Below, in pieces: positions 12,901 through 32,363 of a stretch of 64,000 bases of DNA (positions are counted from its first letter, which is position 1; each line of letters starts with the position of its first letter). The DNA is from Eledone cirrhosa (lineage: Eukaryota). The notes under the pieces were generated by a model. The model was given only the letters and a program-made list of their open reading frames with translations, had not been told where the DNA came from and made no database searches. Location of the stretch: assembly GCA_964016885.1 (NCBI GenBank), contig OZ024754.1, positions 19,034,001 to 19,098,000 of the forward strand, written 5' to 3'. The position numbers were made by a program, and so were the translations under genes.

Positions 12901-14335
12901 CTTGGGAAGTCTAGTCGATATCTGACAGCCAGTTGGAATTGGCTGATGAGATTTTTGAGGCTATTACACCCCCCTCTATTATCACAAGCTCCTACATAGT
13001 CCCAACGTGCGTCTAAGATGCCATTCCAGTCCCCGGCTAACACTAAGGAGCGAGACATTCCCAGGAATGGCTCCAGACGCTTGAAGAACTCTGGTCGCGA
13101 TGTCCCAGTCGGGGTATATACGGCCACCAGTTTGAAGGATCCACCTTTACTACCATTCACGTCCAGGACCACCAGGCTGCCCTCCGGGTCCAAGTGAATC
13201 GTCTGTACTTTGAGATCCAGGTTTATTCGAAACAGAACAGCAACTCCCGCTCCACCTCCTGGCTGACAGAAAGATGGGAGTTAGCTGCTACTTGTCATGA
13301 ATCCTAGACTCGGTGATGGCTATCACATCTATACAGTGTGACCTGAGATCATTTAAAAACTAGCTCTGTTTCCAGGACATGCCCAGGCCACGTACATTCA
13401 AACATCCAACTTGTATAGTCGCCATGTTGGTGAAGAAGAGTTAGGGAGAGAAAGAGCTTTTCGTTTTCTGGAGGTCGGGTTGTTCGATCTCCATGTCCAG
13501 ATTGGGGGTGTTTGGGGAGGGAGAGAATCCTTTTAGCAGGACACAGTTAAGAGGTTTTTGGCAAGGGGGGGGGGGGGGGGGGGCACATCATGTGGGAAGT
13601 TTCCTTTTAATGTTTCGTATTGAAGGGTTGTTACCCTGATTAGTTTAAGGTTTGGGGTGGGTCGTTGGTGGGGAGGTTTTCCCTTCCGTTTGGATTGTGG
13701 GGTCCTTTCGGACAGTTTTCACCAGTTCTTTGTTTCTTGTTTTTATGTATGTGTAATGTGTTTTGTTTTTTATGTGTACTGTTTGTTTGTAGTTTTCTTT
13801 TTGTGGTTGGGGTTTGTGATTGTGGTGGTGTGGGTGTTTGTTTTGTTGCTGAAGTGTCTGGTTGTGTTGTTGGTGTGGTTGTCGTATGTGAAAGTATGTT
13901 TATGTCAGTGTTGGGTGTGTGCTTGTTTTCTGTTCATGTTTTTGTTTTTGTATTTTTTCTGTGACTTTTTTTCTTCTTTTTTGCTTTTGGGGTTCCTCTT
14001 CATCCTCACTTGGAGATGTTGAGGTTCCCGTGTCTGAGGTGTTATTGTGGGTATGTGAGAGGGGTATGTTGTGGGGTGGTGGAGAGTTTGTGTGTATGTT
14101 TGTGGGAGTGCTAGACAGAGGGGGAAGGGTGGGACAGAGTCCTTCAGGGGAATTTTTGGTGTGGTTGTCTTTTGTGGTTTGTGATGGTTGGGTGAATGTT
14201 GATCGTTTAGGGGTTGTGTTTTTTTTGTTTTCGAGTGTGTCTGTTGTGGTTTTGGGGTTGGCAGCAACGCCTTCTTTTGTTTTTCCACATCCTGCATTGG
14301 GCAAAATGCTTTTAAATGTGTGTTTTTTCCACATT
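9990..14335 (-). mobile_element. Tx1/L1-clade retrotransposon, copy B (5'-truncated within ORF1, decayed)
   Basis: EN (LVAVYTP, LAGDWNGILD, SYLDRFLI), RT (SPGLDGLPYEFY, NFRPITLLNT, PAYADDVTV), C-terminal CPRCEQDIETVLHAIVQC. ORF2 ATG at 13425. (GATA)n on both sides. Confidence 0.93.
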
Positions 14336-14370
14336 AGATAGATAGATAGATAGATAGATAAATATATTGA

Positions 14371-14535
14371 TTATAATTTTGGCACAAGGCCAGCAATTAT
14401 CCCAGTGCATTACTGGTGATTTATTTTATCGATCCCGTAAATATAAAAGGCAAAGCTAACCAAAGCGAAATTTGAACTCAGAACGAAAAGGAGCATAACT
14501 CTGTGCTGCAAAGCAAGATATCTGACGCTCTACCA
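14371..14535 (-). mobile_element. tRNA-derived SINE with a 15-bp target-site duplication
   Basis: Matches the window's SINE consensus. agataaatatattga occurs at both 14356-14370 and 14536-14550. Confidence 0.85.
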
Positions 14536-14548
14536 AGATAAATATATT

Positions 14549-19780
<5,232 letters not shown>

Positions 19781-19790
19781 TAGATAAATA

Positions 19791-21170
19791 GATTTCTTTA
19801 TTTTCCACAAGGGCGCACAGAAAAAAGGACAATACAAAGACACACGCCGGGGATTTTATATACAGTCGTGTAAAAATATTGAAACAAACAATTATAACAA
19901 TCGAAATCCCCAATGGGGGTAGGGGGGGGGGTAGCGCCACAAATGGGTTGTTTAATACCCCGTCGATAGAACAACCCTCAACTTCACGAGCGTGTTGTGC
20001 AAGTGCTCCTTTCTTCCTTTTGCTCTCTTCTTTAACCTACAGGCTTATAAACAGAGAAGGCCTAATCACTCGGGCCATTTTCGCTTCATTCACCCACCTT
20101 TCAGTAAATTTACTGGGGTGCAGTGCCTCTCTCTCCACTCTGATTCTCCTTCAAAAGTGATACTTAAAGAAGGGAATCAATTGTTGTCTGGAGAGAAAGG
20201 CATCTGTCCTCAGTCCTCTCAATCTCGTCTACCATATAACCTCTTTCACCATAGCCACTGTACAGAGGAAACTCGCCTCTCTTTCGTTTTTGAAAGAGGC
20301 AGGCGGTTTGATCCTTACTATGGACTCGGCAGTCAACTGGATTTGTCCCATACGCGACAGCAGTTGTTCTGCATAGTTCCACAGGTCGGTTACGCCCAGG
20401 TAGTGTACAATTGCATGCAAGACGGTTTCAATGTCCTGCTCGAATCTTGGTCACGTCCTCTTGGAAGGATCCCTGCTGGTGGATTCTGGCAGGGTTCTTG
20501 GAGGAGGATGAAGACACAATACTGTCGATTAAAAAATCCACAAGAAACACCTGGAATGGCACAAGCTTGGACATTTTGGTCCAAATGAAACCAGACAAAA
20601 TTTCCAAGATACCAGAAAGGGTGCCAGTAGACAATACAAACTATATACAGATTTCGGCAGAAGAAGGGAGGCCACATTGTTTTAAATGCGCAAGAACATC
20701 GTATTTAAAGGCCTCCTGTCTCCTCTTACGAACAAACACCAACTCCAAAACCACAACAACAACACACAAACCAAGCAAACACACAAAAACAAACAACTGT
20801 TCAACCACAAACAACAGAAAAAACAAACAATTCCCCTGAAAAACACAGACCCACCCCATCCCACTCCAGCCAACACTACCCCAATCACACACACAAACAC
20901 ACCATGACCACACAACATATCCCTCCCACATGCCCCTGATGACGATTCATCACCAGACGAGGCTACTTCTCCATCCCTAAGTGAAGATGAAGGAGAGCCT
21001 CGGAAATAAAACAAAACAAAAAAAAAGAGACACCGCAAGGCCACAAAAACAACAATCACGAACACGAACACACAACCACCAACACAAACAACAACACAAA
21101 CACCACCACAATCACCCCCCCCCCCAGCAAAACAAACACCAACACCACCCCAAACACAAATGCCCACCAA
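19791..21170 (-). mobile_element. Tx1-like copy D: 3' fragment (19791-20476, minus) joined to an inverted ORF1 fragment (20477-21170, plus)
   Basis: 19791-20476 is nearly identical to 14814-15496. 20477 onward translates WWILAGFLEEDEDTILSIKKS...CFKCARTSYLKASC, homologous to copy C ORF1. (GATA)n at both outer ends. Confidence 0.9.
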
Positions 21171-21506
21171 TAGATAGATAGATAGATATAGAGTGACAGG
21201 TACACAGATAGACAGAGACCGACAGGCACATATATGACTATACATATTTGCAGTCACTTAATGGTACACAGACTGAGACAGATATTGTTTGTATACAATA
21301 CAGCTAAGAGAATGCCTTAAAACATATTCTATTGGTAGGAAATAATTGAGAGAGTGTTATGGCCCTGGGGGAGAGAGACGCCATGACGCCATCTTAAGGA
21401 ATAATTGTTATATTACAGCCTCAATAGAATGACTTATAAATGGAGACTTGGTATTGGAGAAGATACTGTTAGAATATTGCTTTAATTAATTATAACCGTC
21501 GATAGA

Positions 21507-24172
21507 GGGGTGGGGGGATGGGTGGGTGTATGGGAGGATGGAGGGGATGTATGGGAGGATGGGGGGGTGTATGGGAGGATGGGGGTGTAAGGGAGGATGG
21601 GGGGATAGGTGGATGGGCGGACAGGTGGGTGTATGGGAGGATGGGTGGGTGTATGGGGGGATGGGTGGATGGGCGGGTGTGGGTGTATGGGAGGATGGGT
21701 GGGTTTATGGGAGGATGGGGGGATGGGTGGATGGGCGGATGGGAGGATGGGCGGATGGGTGGGTGTATGGGAGGATGGGTGGGTGTATGGGAGGATGGGT
21801 GGGTGTAAGGGAGGATGGGGGGGATGGGTGGATGGGCGGATGGGTGGGTGTATGGGAGGATGGGTGGGTGTAAGGGAGGATGGGGGATGGGTGGATGGGC
21901 GGATGTGTGGGTGTATGGGAGGATGTGTGGGTGTATGGGAGGATGGGGGGATGGGTGGATGGGTGGATGGGCGGATGGGTGGGTGTATGGGAGGATGGGT
22001 GGGTGTATGGGAGGATGGGTGTGTGTATGGGAGGATGGGAGGATGGGTGGGTGTATGGGAGGATGGGAGGATGGGTGAGTGTATGGGAGGATGGGTGGGT
22101 GTATGGGAGGATGGGTGGGTGTATGGGTGTATGGGAGGATGGGTGGGTGTATGGGCGGATGGGTGGGTGTATGGGAGGATGGGAGGATGGGTGAGTGTAT
22201 GGGTGGATGGGTGGGTGTATGGGAGGATGGGCGGATGGGTGGGTGTATGGGAGGATGGGTGGGTGTATGGGAGGATGGGCGGATGGGTGGGTGTATGGGA
22301 GGATGTGTGGGTGTATGGGAGGATGGGTGGGTGTATGGGTGTATGGGAGGATGGGTGAGTGTATGGGAGGATGGGCGGATGGGTGGGTTTATGGGAGGAT
22401 GGGTGGTTGTATGGGAGGATGGGCGGATGGGTGGGTGTATGGGAGGATGGGTGGGTGTATGGGAGGATGGGTGGGTGTATGGGTGTATGGGAGGATGGGT
22501 GAGTGTATGGGTGGATGGGTGGGTGTATGGGAGGATGGGCGGATGTGTGTGTGTATGGGAGGATGGGTGGGTGTATGGGAGGATGGGTGGGTGTATGGGA
22601 GGATGGGCGGGTGTATGGGAGGATGGGTGAGTGTATGGGAGGATGGGAGGAAGGGTGGGTGTATGGGCGGATGGGTGGGTGTATGGGAGGATGGGTGGGT
22701 GTATGGGAGGATGGGTGGGTGTATGGGCGGATGGGTGGGTGTATGGGAGGATGGGTGGGTGTATGGGCGGATGGGTGGGTGTATGGGAGGATGGGTGGGT
22801 GTATGGGTGTATGGGAGGATGGGTGGGTGTATGGGCGGATGGGAGGATGGGTGAGTGTATGGGAGGATGGGTGGGTTTATGGGAGGATGGGCGGATGGGT
22901 GGGTGTATGGGAGGATGGGTGGGTGTATGGGAGGATGGGCGGATGGGTGGGTGTATGGGAGGATGTGTGGGTGTATGGGAGGATGGGCGGATGGGTGGGT
23001 TTATGGGAGGATGGGTGGTTGTATGGGAGGATGGGCGGATGGGTGGGTGTATGGGAGGATGGGTGGGTGTATGGGTGTATGGGAGGATGGGTGGGTGTAT
23101 GGGCGGATGGGAGGATGGGTGAGTGTATGGGAGGATGGGTGGGTTTATGGGAGGATGGGCGGATGGGTGGGTGTATGGGAGGATGGGTGGGTGTATGGGA
23201 GGATGGGCGGATGGGTGGGTGTATGGGAGGATGTGTGGGTGTATGGGAGGATGGGCGGATGGGTGGGTTTATGGGAGGATGGGTGGTTGTATGGGAGGAT
23301 GGGCGGATGGGTGGGTGTATGGGAGGATGGGTGGGTGTATGGGAGGATGGGAGGATGGGTGAGTGTATGGGAGGATGGGTGGGTGTATGGGAGGATGGGC
23401 GGATGGGTGGGTGTATGGGAGGATGTGTGGGTGTATGGGAGGATGGGCGGATGGTTGGGCGTATGGGAGGATGGGTGGGTGTATGGGAGGATGGGTGGTT
23501 GTATGGGAGGATGGATGGGTGTATGGGATGATGGGAGGATGGGTGGGTGTATGGGAGGATGGGAGGATGGGTGAGTGTATGGGAGGATGGGTGGGTGTAT
23601 GGGTGTATGGGAGGATGGGTGGGTGTATGGGCGGATGGGTGGGTGTATGGGAGGATGGGTGGGTGTATGGGAGGATGGGTGGGTGTATGGGAGGATGGGT
23701 GGGTGTATGTGAGGATGGGTGGGTGTATGGGAGGATGGGTGGATGGGTGGGTGTATGGGAGGATGTGTGGGTGTATGGGAGGATAGGCGGATGGGTGGGT
23801 GTATGGGAGGATGTGTGGGTGTATGGGAGGATAGGCGGATGGGTGGGTGTATTGGAGGATGGGCAGATGGGTGGGTATATGTGAGGATGTGCAGATGGTT
23901 GGGTGTATGGGAGGATGGGCAGATAGGTGGGTGAATGGGGGGATGGGTGTGTGTATGGGATGATGGGCGGATGGGTGGGTGTATGGGAGGATGGGCAGAT
24001 GGGTGGGTAAATGGGGGGATGGGTGGGTGTATGGGAGGATGGGCGGATAGGTGGGTGTATGGGAGGATGGGTGGATGGGTGGGTGTATGGGAGGATGGGG
24101 GGATGGGTGGGTCTATGGGAGGATGGGGGTGGGGGTGGGGGTGGGGGTGTATGGGAGGATGGGTGGGTGTGT
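21507..24172 (+). repeat. G-rich minisatellite, ~20-bp unit GGGAGGATGGGTGGGTGTAT with 8-bp insert variants
   Basis: Read directly; about 2.7 kb. Confidence 0.96.
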
Positions 24173-24340
24173 CGTAAGAAGGTCGGACGCTATGCTTTGA
24201 CGCACAGAATTATGGCCCTTGCCATTCTGAGTTTGAATTCTGAGGTCAACTTAGCCTTTCATCCTTACGGGGTCGATAAAATAAAGTACCAGTAATGTAC
24301 TGAGTAGTTGCTGGCCTTGTGCCAAAAGTAGAAACAATTA
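24173..24340 (+). mobile_element. tRNA-derived SINE (5'-truncated)
   Basis: ctgagtttgaattc...gcctttcatccttacggggtcgataaaataaagtaccag...gctggccttgtgccaaaagtagaaacaatta. Confidence 0.85.
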
Positions 24341-24574
24341 TATATATATGAGAGAGATGTATGTATGTGTATATATACATATGCATGTGCACACATATAC
24401 TATCTAAGCTGGGAGGGTCATCAGGACGTTACTCAGTATACTGGTGCAAGGTGAAATGAAGTGTCTTGCTCAAGAACGCAACACATCAGGTATAGAAAAT
24501 ATCGACTCCATGCACCATAACCGTTCAATGTAAATTTGACGCGAAAATACGAAAAACAGAGGGCTCTCATATCG

Positions 24575-24763
24575 ATAATTGTTTCTACTATTGGCACAAG
24601 GCCAACAATTATCCCAGTGCATTACTGGTACTTTATTTTATCGACTCCGTAAGGATGAAAGGCTAAGTTAGCCTCGGCGGGTTTTGAACTCAGACCATAA
24701 AGCGGCATAACTCTATGCTGGAAGGCATGGCATCTGACCCTCTACCGATACTGCCAATTCACC
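24575..24763 (-). mobile_element. tRNA-derived SINE
   Basis: Reverse complement of the same consensus, including A-box-like ttggcagtatcggtag and B-box gagttcaaa. Confidence 0.85.
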
Positions 24764-24884
24764 TAGGGATACATCATCATTAAACATCTTGCAAAAAAAA
24801 AAAACACAACATAGAATCAAGCAGAAGAGTGGATTTTTAATGGAAAAGGCGCCATTGAGATTAATATATAATGAGGACAAAGCT

Positions 24885-25150
24885 ATATATATCTAGGGCG
24901 GGTAAAATACCCGAGATCCATGGACGAGTTCTCTCCAGCGGTCTCTGTCCCTCATTATCGCTGTCATGTCCTGCGTCTCCAACAGACCAGTGTCTGTCCT
25001 TAGGGCATCAACATACGTTAACCTTGGTTTTCCTCTTCCAGTGTGTCCATGTAGGGGCTCCCACAGGAGCACTGAATGCAGTGTCAACTCTGGATGTCGG
25101 TGAGCATGTCCAGCTAACCTCAGTCGCCTCTGTGTCACTTTTGAGTGATT
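24885..25150 (-). pseudogene. 3' fragment of an RTE-like LINE
   Basis: KVTQRRLRLAGHAHRHPE...VLLWEPLHGHTGRGKPRLTYVDALRTDTG matches the RTE-clade C-terminal RRLRWAGH...W.P..G.R.RGRP..TW motif. Confidence 0.8.
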
Positions 25151-25861
25151 ATAGTAATTAAAAAACACTTAATTAGTAAAGACATTTTATTAACTTAAGA
25201 GGCACTTGAATTTGAAAATATAGTCGCCACACTGCTGATAACTAACATAATAGATGATACTTATATAAAATAGTTGGATAAAATTGGGTAAAGTATTCCT
25301 GGAGATGAAAACAATTGGACAGAGACGCCAGCTGGAGATTGAAGCGCACAGAATATTATACACTTACTAACTATTATTATAGTTATTTGCATAGTGGCGA
25401 TTATGTTTTCAAAGTTTAACTAGCATAGTAATTAATTTCGGTATATAATAATATATAGTTCATGAAGTGTTATCATATTTCACTTGGTATAAATTTTCTA
25501 ATCTAACACTAAATAGTAATATGAACAAACATGCTAATTACTAACTCGAATACAATTAGAGCAAAATATTTGTCTTTGGATCTCGATTACGACGACGATC
25601 AATGTTCAAGTTTGATCCTCAAAATAGCCTTCCCTGGAAGATGACATACAAATGGCTGATAATGCCCCAGGCATGTGCGTCCACATTGTAGTTATCAGGG
25701 AGATTCAGTGGGATACAGTGTGTGACAAGGCTGACCCTTTCAATTGCAGGTATAACTCACAATATTGTGAAATGTGCGGAATGGAGTGACGTGAAATTAA
25801 GAGTCTTTCTCACGGACACGGAGTCCCACAAGGAGTGACATCTTAACCAATACCCTACATT

Positions 25862-28087
25862 ATTGACACACTGTTGGTATACCACACTATTGGTATACCA
25901 CACTATTGGTATACCACACTATTGGCATACCACACTATTGGTATACCACACTATTGGTATACCATACTATTGGTATAACACACTATTGGTATACCACACT
26001 ATTAATACACCACACTATTGGTATACCACAGTATTAATACACCACACTATTGGTATACCACACTATTAATACACCACACTATTGGTATACCACACTATTG
26101 GCATACCACACTATTGGTATACCACACTATTGATACACCACATTATTGATATACCACACTATTGATAAACCACACTATTAGTATACCACACTATTGGCAT
26201 ATCACACTATTGGTATACCACCCTATTGGTATACCACACAATTGGTATACCACACTGTTGGCATACGACACTATTGGTATACCACACTATTGATATACAC
26301 ACTAGTGGTATACCATACTATTGGTATACCACACTATTGGTATGCCACACTATTGGTATGCCACACTATTGATAAACCACACTATTAGTATACCACACTA
26401 TTGATAAACCACACTATTAGTATACCACACTATTGGTATACCACACTATTGGCATACCACACTATTGGTATACCACACTATTAGTATACCACAGTATTGG
26501 TATACCACACTATTGGCATACCACACTATTGGTATACCACACTATTGATATACCACACTATTGGTATACCACACTATTGGTATACAACACTATTGATATA
26601 CCACACTATTGTTATACCAGACTATTGATATACCACACTATAGGTATACCACACTATTGATATACCACACTATTGGTATACCTCACTATTGGTATACCAC
26701 ACTATTGATACACTACACTATTGGTATACCACACTATTGGAATACCACACTATTGATCTACCCCACTATTGGTATACCACACTATTGGTATACAACACTA
26801 TTGATATACCACACTATTGGTATGCCATACTATTGGTATACCACACTATTGGTGTACCACACTATTGGTATACCACACTATTGGTATACAACACTATTGA
26901 TATACCACACTATTGGTATACCACGCTATTGGTATACCACACTATTGGTATACAACACTATTGATATACCACACTATTGGTATGCCATACTATTGGTATA
27001 CCACACTATTGGTGTACCACACTATTGGTATACCACACTATTGGTATAGAACACTATTGGTATGCCATACGATTGGTATATCACACTATTGGTATACCAC
27101 ACTATTGGTATACCACACTATTAATACACCACACTATTGGTATACAACACTATTAATACACCACACTATTCGTATACCACACCATTGGTATACAACATTA
27201 TTGATATATCACACTATTGGAATACCAGACTATTTGTATACAATACTATTGGTGTACCACACTATTGGTATACCACACTATTGATACACGACACTATTGG
27301 TATAACACACTATTGATATACCACACTATTGATATACCACACTATTTGTATACCACACTATTGATATACCACACTATTGGTAAGCCACACTATTGGCATA
27401 CCACACTATTGGTATACCACACTATTGGTATACCACACAATTGGTATACCACACTATTGGTATACCGCACAATTGGTATACCACACTATTGGCAAATACA
27501 CTATTGGTATACCTCACTATTGATATACCACACTATTGGTATACCACACTATTGGTAAACCACACTATTGATACACCACACTATTGGTCTACCACACTAT
27601 TGGTATACCACACGATTGGTATACCACACTATTGATATACCGCACTATTTGTATGCAATACTATTGATATACCATGCTATTCGTATACCACACTATTGGT
27701 ATACTACACTATTGATACACGAGATTATTGGTATACCACACTATTGGTATAGAACACTATTGGTATGCCATACTATTGGTATACCACACTATTGGTATAC
27801 CACACTATTGATACACCACACTATTGGTATAGAACACTATTGGTATAACACACTATTGGTATACCACACTATTGATACACCACACTATTGGTATAGAACA
27901 CTATTGGTATATCACACTATTGGTCTACCACACTATTGATATACCACACTATTGGTATACCACACTATTGATCTACCCCCACTATTGGTATACCACACTA
28001 TTGGTATGTCACATTATTGATATATCACACTATTGGTATACCATACTATTGGTATACCACACTATTGATATACCACACTATTGGTAT
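25862..28087 (+). repeat. 16-bp minisatellite ACCACACTATTGGTAT (~140 units)
   Basis: Read directly; the unit junction forms the palindrome TGGTATACCA. Confidence 0.97.
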
Positions 28088-31000
28088 CACACACACACAC
28101 TCACTTCCTCTCTATTACACACACACTCTCACTTCTTCTCCATCACACACACACTCTCACTATCTCTCTATTACACACACACTCTCACTTCCTCTCTATC
28201 ACACACACACTCTCACTTCCTCTCTATCACACACACACTCTCCCCCTCTCTCTATCACACACACACACTCACTCACTCTCTATTACACACACACTCTCAC
28301 TTCTTCTCCATCACACACACACTCTCACTATCTCTCTATTACACACACATTCTCACTTCCTCTCTATCACAGACACACTCTCACTTCCTCTCTATCACAC
28401 ACACACTCTCACTCCCTCTCTATGACAGACACACTCTCACTTCCTCTCTATCACACACTCACTCTCCCTCACTCTCTATCACACACACACTCTCCCCCAT
28501 TCTCTATTACACACACTCACTCACACTCTATCACAGACACACTCTCACTTCCTCTCTATCACACACACACTCTCACTCCCTCTCTATCACAGACACACTC
28601 TCACTTCATCTCTATCACACACACACTCTCCCTCACACTCTACCACACACACACTCACTCACTCTCTATCACACACATACTCTCACTCCCTCTCTATCAC
28701 GGACACACTCTCACTTACTCTCTATCACACACATTCTCACTTCCTCTCTATCACACACACTCTCACTCCCTCTCTATCACAGACACACTCTCACTCCCTC
28801 TCTATCACAGACACACTCTCACTTCCTCTCTATCACACACACTCTCACTTCCTCTCTATCACACACACTCTCACTCACTCTCTATCACACACACACTCTC
28901 ACTCCCTCTCTATCACACACACACTCTCACTTCCACTCTATCACATACACACTCTCACTTCCTCTCTATCACACACACTCTCACTCACTCTCTATCACAC
29001 ACACACTCTCACTCCCTCTCTATCACACACACACTCTCACTTCCACTCTATCACACACACACTCTCACTTCCTCTCTATCACACACACACTCACTCCCTC
29101 TCTATCACACACACTCTCACTTCCTCTCTATCACACACACACTCACTCCTTTTCTATCACACACACACTCTCATTTCCACTCTATCACATACAGACTCTC
29201 ACTTCCTCTCTATCACACACACACACTCTCACTCCCTCTCTATCACACACACTCTCACTCCCTCTCTATCACACACACACTCACTCCCTCTCTATCACAC
29301 ACACACTCTCACTCCCTCTCTATCACACACACTCTCACTCCCTCTCTATCACACACACTCTCACTTCCTCTCTATCACACACACACTCACTCCTTTTCTA
29401 TCACACACACACTCTCACATCCTCTCTATCACACACACACTCACTCCCTCTCTATCACACACACATTCACTCCCTCTCTATCACACACACACTCTCACTT
29501 CCACTCTATCACACACACACTCACTCCTTTTCTATCACACACACACTCTCATTTCCACTCTATCACATACAGACTCTCACTTCCTCTCTATCACACACAC
29601 ACACTCTCACTCCCTCTCTATCACACACACTCTCACTCCCTCTCTATCACACACACACTCACTCCCTCTCTATCACACACACACTCACTCCTTTTCTATC
29701 ACACACACACTCTCACATCCTCTCTATCACAGACAGACTCTCACTTCCTCTCTATCACAGACACACTCTCACTCCCTCTCTATCACAGACAGACTCTCAC
29801 TTCCTCTCTATCACACACACACACTCTCACTCCCTCTCTATCACACACACTCTCACTCCCTCTCTATCACACACACACTCACTCCCTCTCTATCACACAC
29901 ACACTCACTCCTTTTCTATCACACACACACTCTCACATCCTCTCTATCACAGACAGACTCTCACTTCCTCTCTATCACAGACACACTCTCACTCCCTCTC
30001 TATCACAGACAGACTCTCACTTCCTCTCTATCACAGACACACTCTCACTCCCTCTCTATCACCCACACACTCTCACTCCCTCTCTATCACACACACTCTC
30101 ACTCCCTCTCTATCACACACACTCTCACTTCCTCTCTATCACACACACACTCACTCCTTTTCTATCACACACACACTCACTCCCTCTCTATCACACACAC
30201 ATTCACTCCCTCTCTATCACACACACTCTCACTCCCTCTCTATCACACACACTCTCACTCCCTCTCTATCACACACACTCTCACTTCCTCTCTATCACAC
30301 ACACACTCACTCCTTTTCTATCACACACACACTCTCACATCCTCTCTATCACACACACACTCACTCCCTCTCTATCACACACACACTCTCACTTCCACTC
30401 TATCACATACACACTCTCACTCCCTCTCTATCACAGACAGACTATCACTTCCTCTCTATCACAGACACACTCTCACTCCCTCTCTATCACACACACACTC
30501 TCACTTCCACTCTATCACATACACACTCTCACTCCCTCTCTATCACACACACTCTCACTCCCTCTCTATCACACACACACTCACTCCCTCTCTATCACAC
30601 ACACACTCACTCCCTCTCTATCACATACACACTCTCACTCCCTCTCTATCACACACACACTCTCACTTCCACTCTATCACATACACACTCTCACTCCCTC
30701 TCTATCACAGACAGACTCTCACTTCCTCTCTATCACACACACACTCTCACTCCCTCTCTATCACAGACACACTCTCACTTCCTCTCTGTCACACACACAT
30801 TCTCACTCACTCTCAATCACAGACAGACTCTCACTTCCTCTCTGTCACACACACATTCTCACTCACTCTCAATCACACACACTCTCACTCACTCTATATC
30901 ACACACACATTCTCCCTCACACTCTACCACACACACACTCACTCCCTCTCTATCACACACACTCTCCCTCACACTCTACCACACACACACTCTCACTCCC

Positions 31001-32363
31001 TCTCTATCACAGACATACTCTCACTTCCTCTCAATCACACACACACTCTCACCCCCTCTCTATCACACACACACTCTCACTCACTCTCTATCACACACAC
31101 ACTCTCACTTCCACTCTATCACATACACACTCTCACTTCCTCTCTATCACACACACTCTCACTCACTCTCTATCACACACACTCTCACTCCCTCTCTATC
31201 ACACACACTCTCACTCCCTCTCTATCACACACACACTCACTCCCTCTCTATCACACACACACTCTCACTTCCACTCTATCACATACACACTCTCACTCCC
31301 TCTCTATCACAGACAGACTATCACTTCCTCTCTATCACAGACACACTCTCACTCCCTCTCTATCACACACACACTCTCACTTCCACTCTATCACATACAC
31401 ACTCTCACTCCCTCTCTATCACACACACTCTCACTCCCTCTCTATCACACACACACTCACTCCATCTCTATCACACACACACTCACTCCCTCTCTATCAC
31501 ATACACACTCTCACTCCCTCTCTATCACACACACACTCTCACTTCCACTCTATCACATACACACTCTCACTCCCTCTCTATCACAGACAGACTCTCACTT
31601 CCTCTCTATCACACACACACTCTCACTCCCTCTCTATCACAGACACACTCTCACTTCCTCTCTGTCACACACACATTCTCACTCACTCTCAATCACAGAC
31701 AGACTCTCACTTCCTCTCTGTCACACACACATTCTCACTCACTCTCAATCACACACACTCTCACTCACTCTATATCACACACACATTCTCCCTCACACTC
31801 TACCACACACACACTCACTCCCTCTCTATCACACACACTCTCCCTCACACTCTACCACACACACACTCTCACTCCCTCTCTATCACAGACATACTCTCAC
31901 CCCCTCTCTATCACACACACACTCTCACTCACTCTCTATCACACACACACTCTCACTTCCACTCTATCACATACACACTCTCACTTCCTCTCTATCACAC
32001 ACACTCTCACTCACTCTCTATCACACACACTCTCACTCCCTCTCTATCACACACACTCTCACTCCCTCTCTATCACACACACACTCACTCCCTCTCTATC
32101 ACACACACACTCTCACTTCCACTCTATCACATACACACTCTCACTCCCTCTCTATCACACACACTCTCACTCCCTCTCTATCACACACACACTCACTCCC
32201 TCTCTATCACACACACACACTCACTCCCTCTCTATCACACACACACTCACTCCCTCTCTATCACACACACTCTCACTCCCTCTCTATCACACACACACTC
32301 TCACTTCCACTCTATCACATACACACTCTCACTTCCTCTCTATCACACACTCTCACTCACTCT
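28088..32363 (+). repeat. 24-26-bp C/A/T-rich minisatellite ACACACACTCTCACTCCCTCTCTATC
   Basis: Read directly; almost G-free on the plus strand; internal block duplications. Confidence 0.97.

Noticed and set aside
21518-24295. Gly/Trp/Met-rich ORFs resembling structural proteins
   Set aside because: The 20-bp unit is not a multiple of three and all frames give the same peptides; this is satellite translation.
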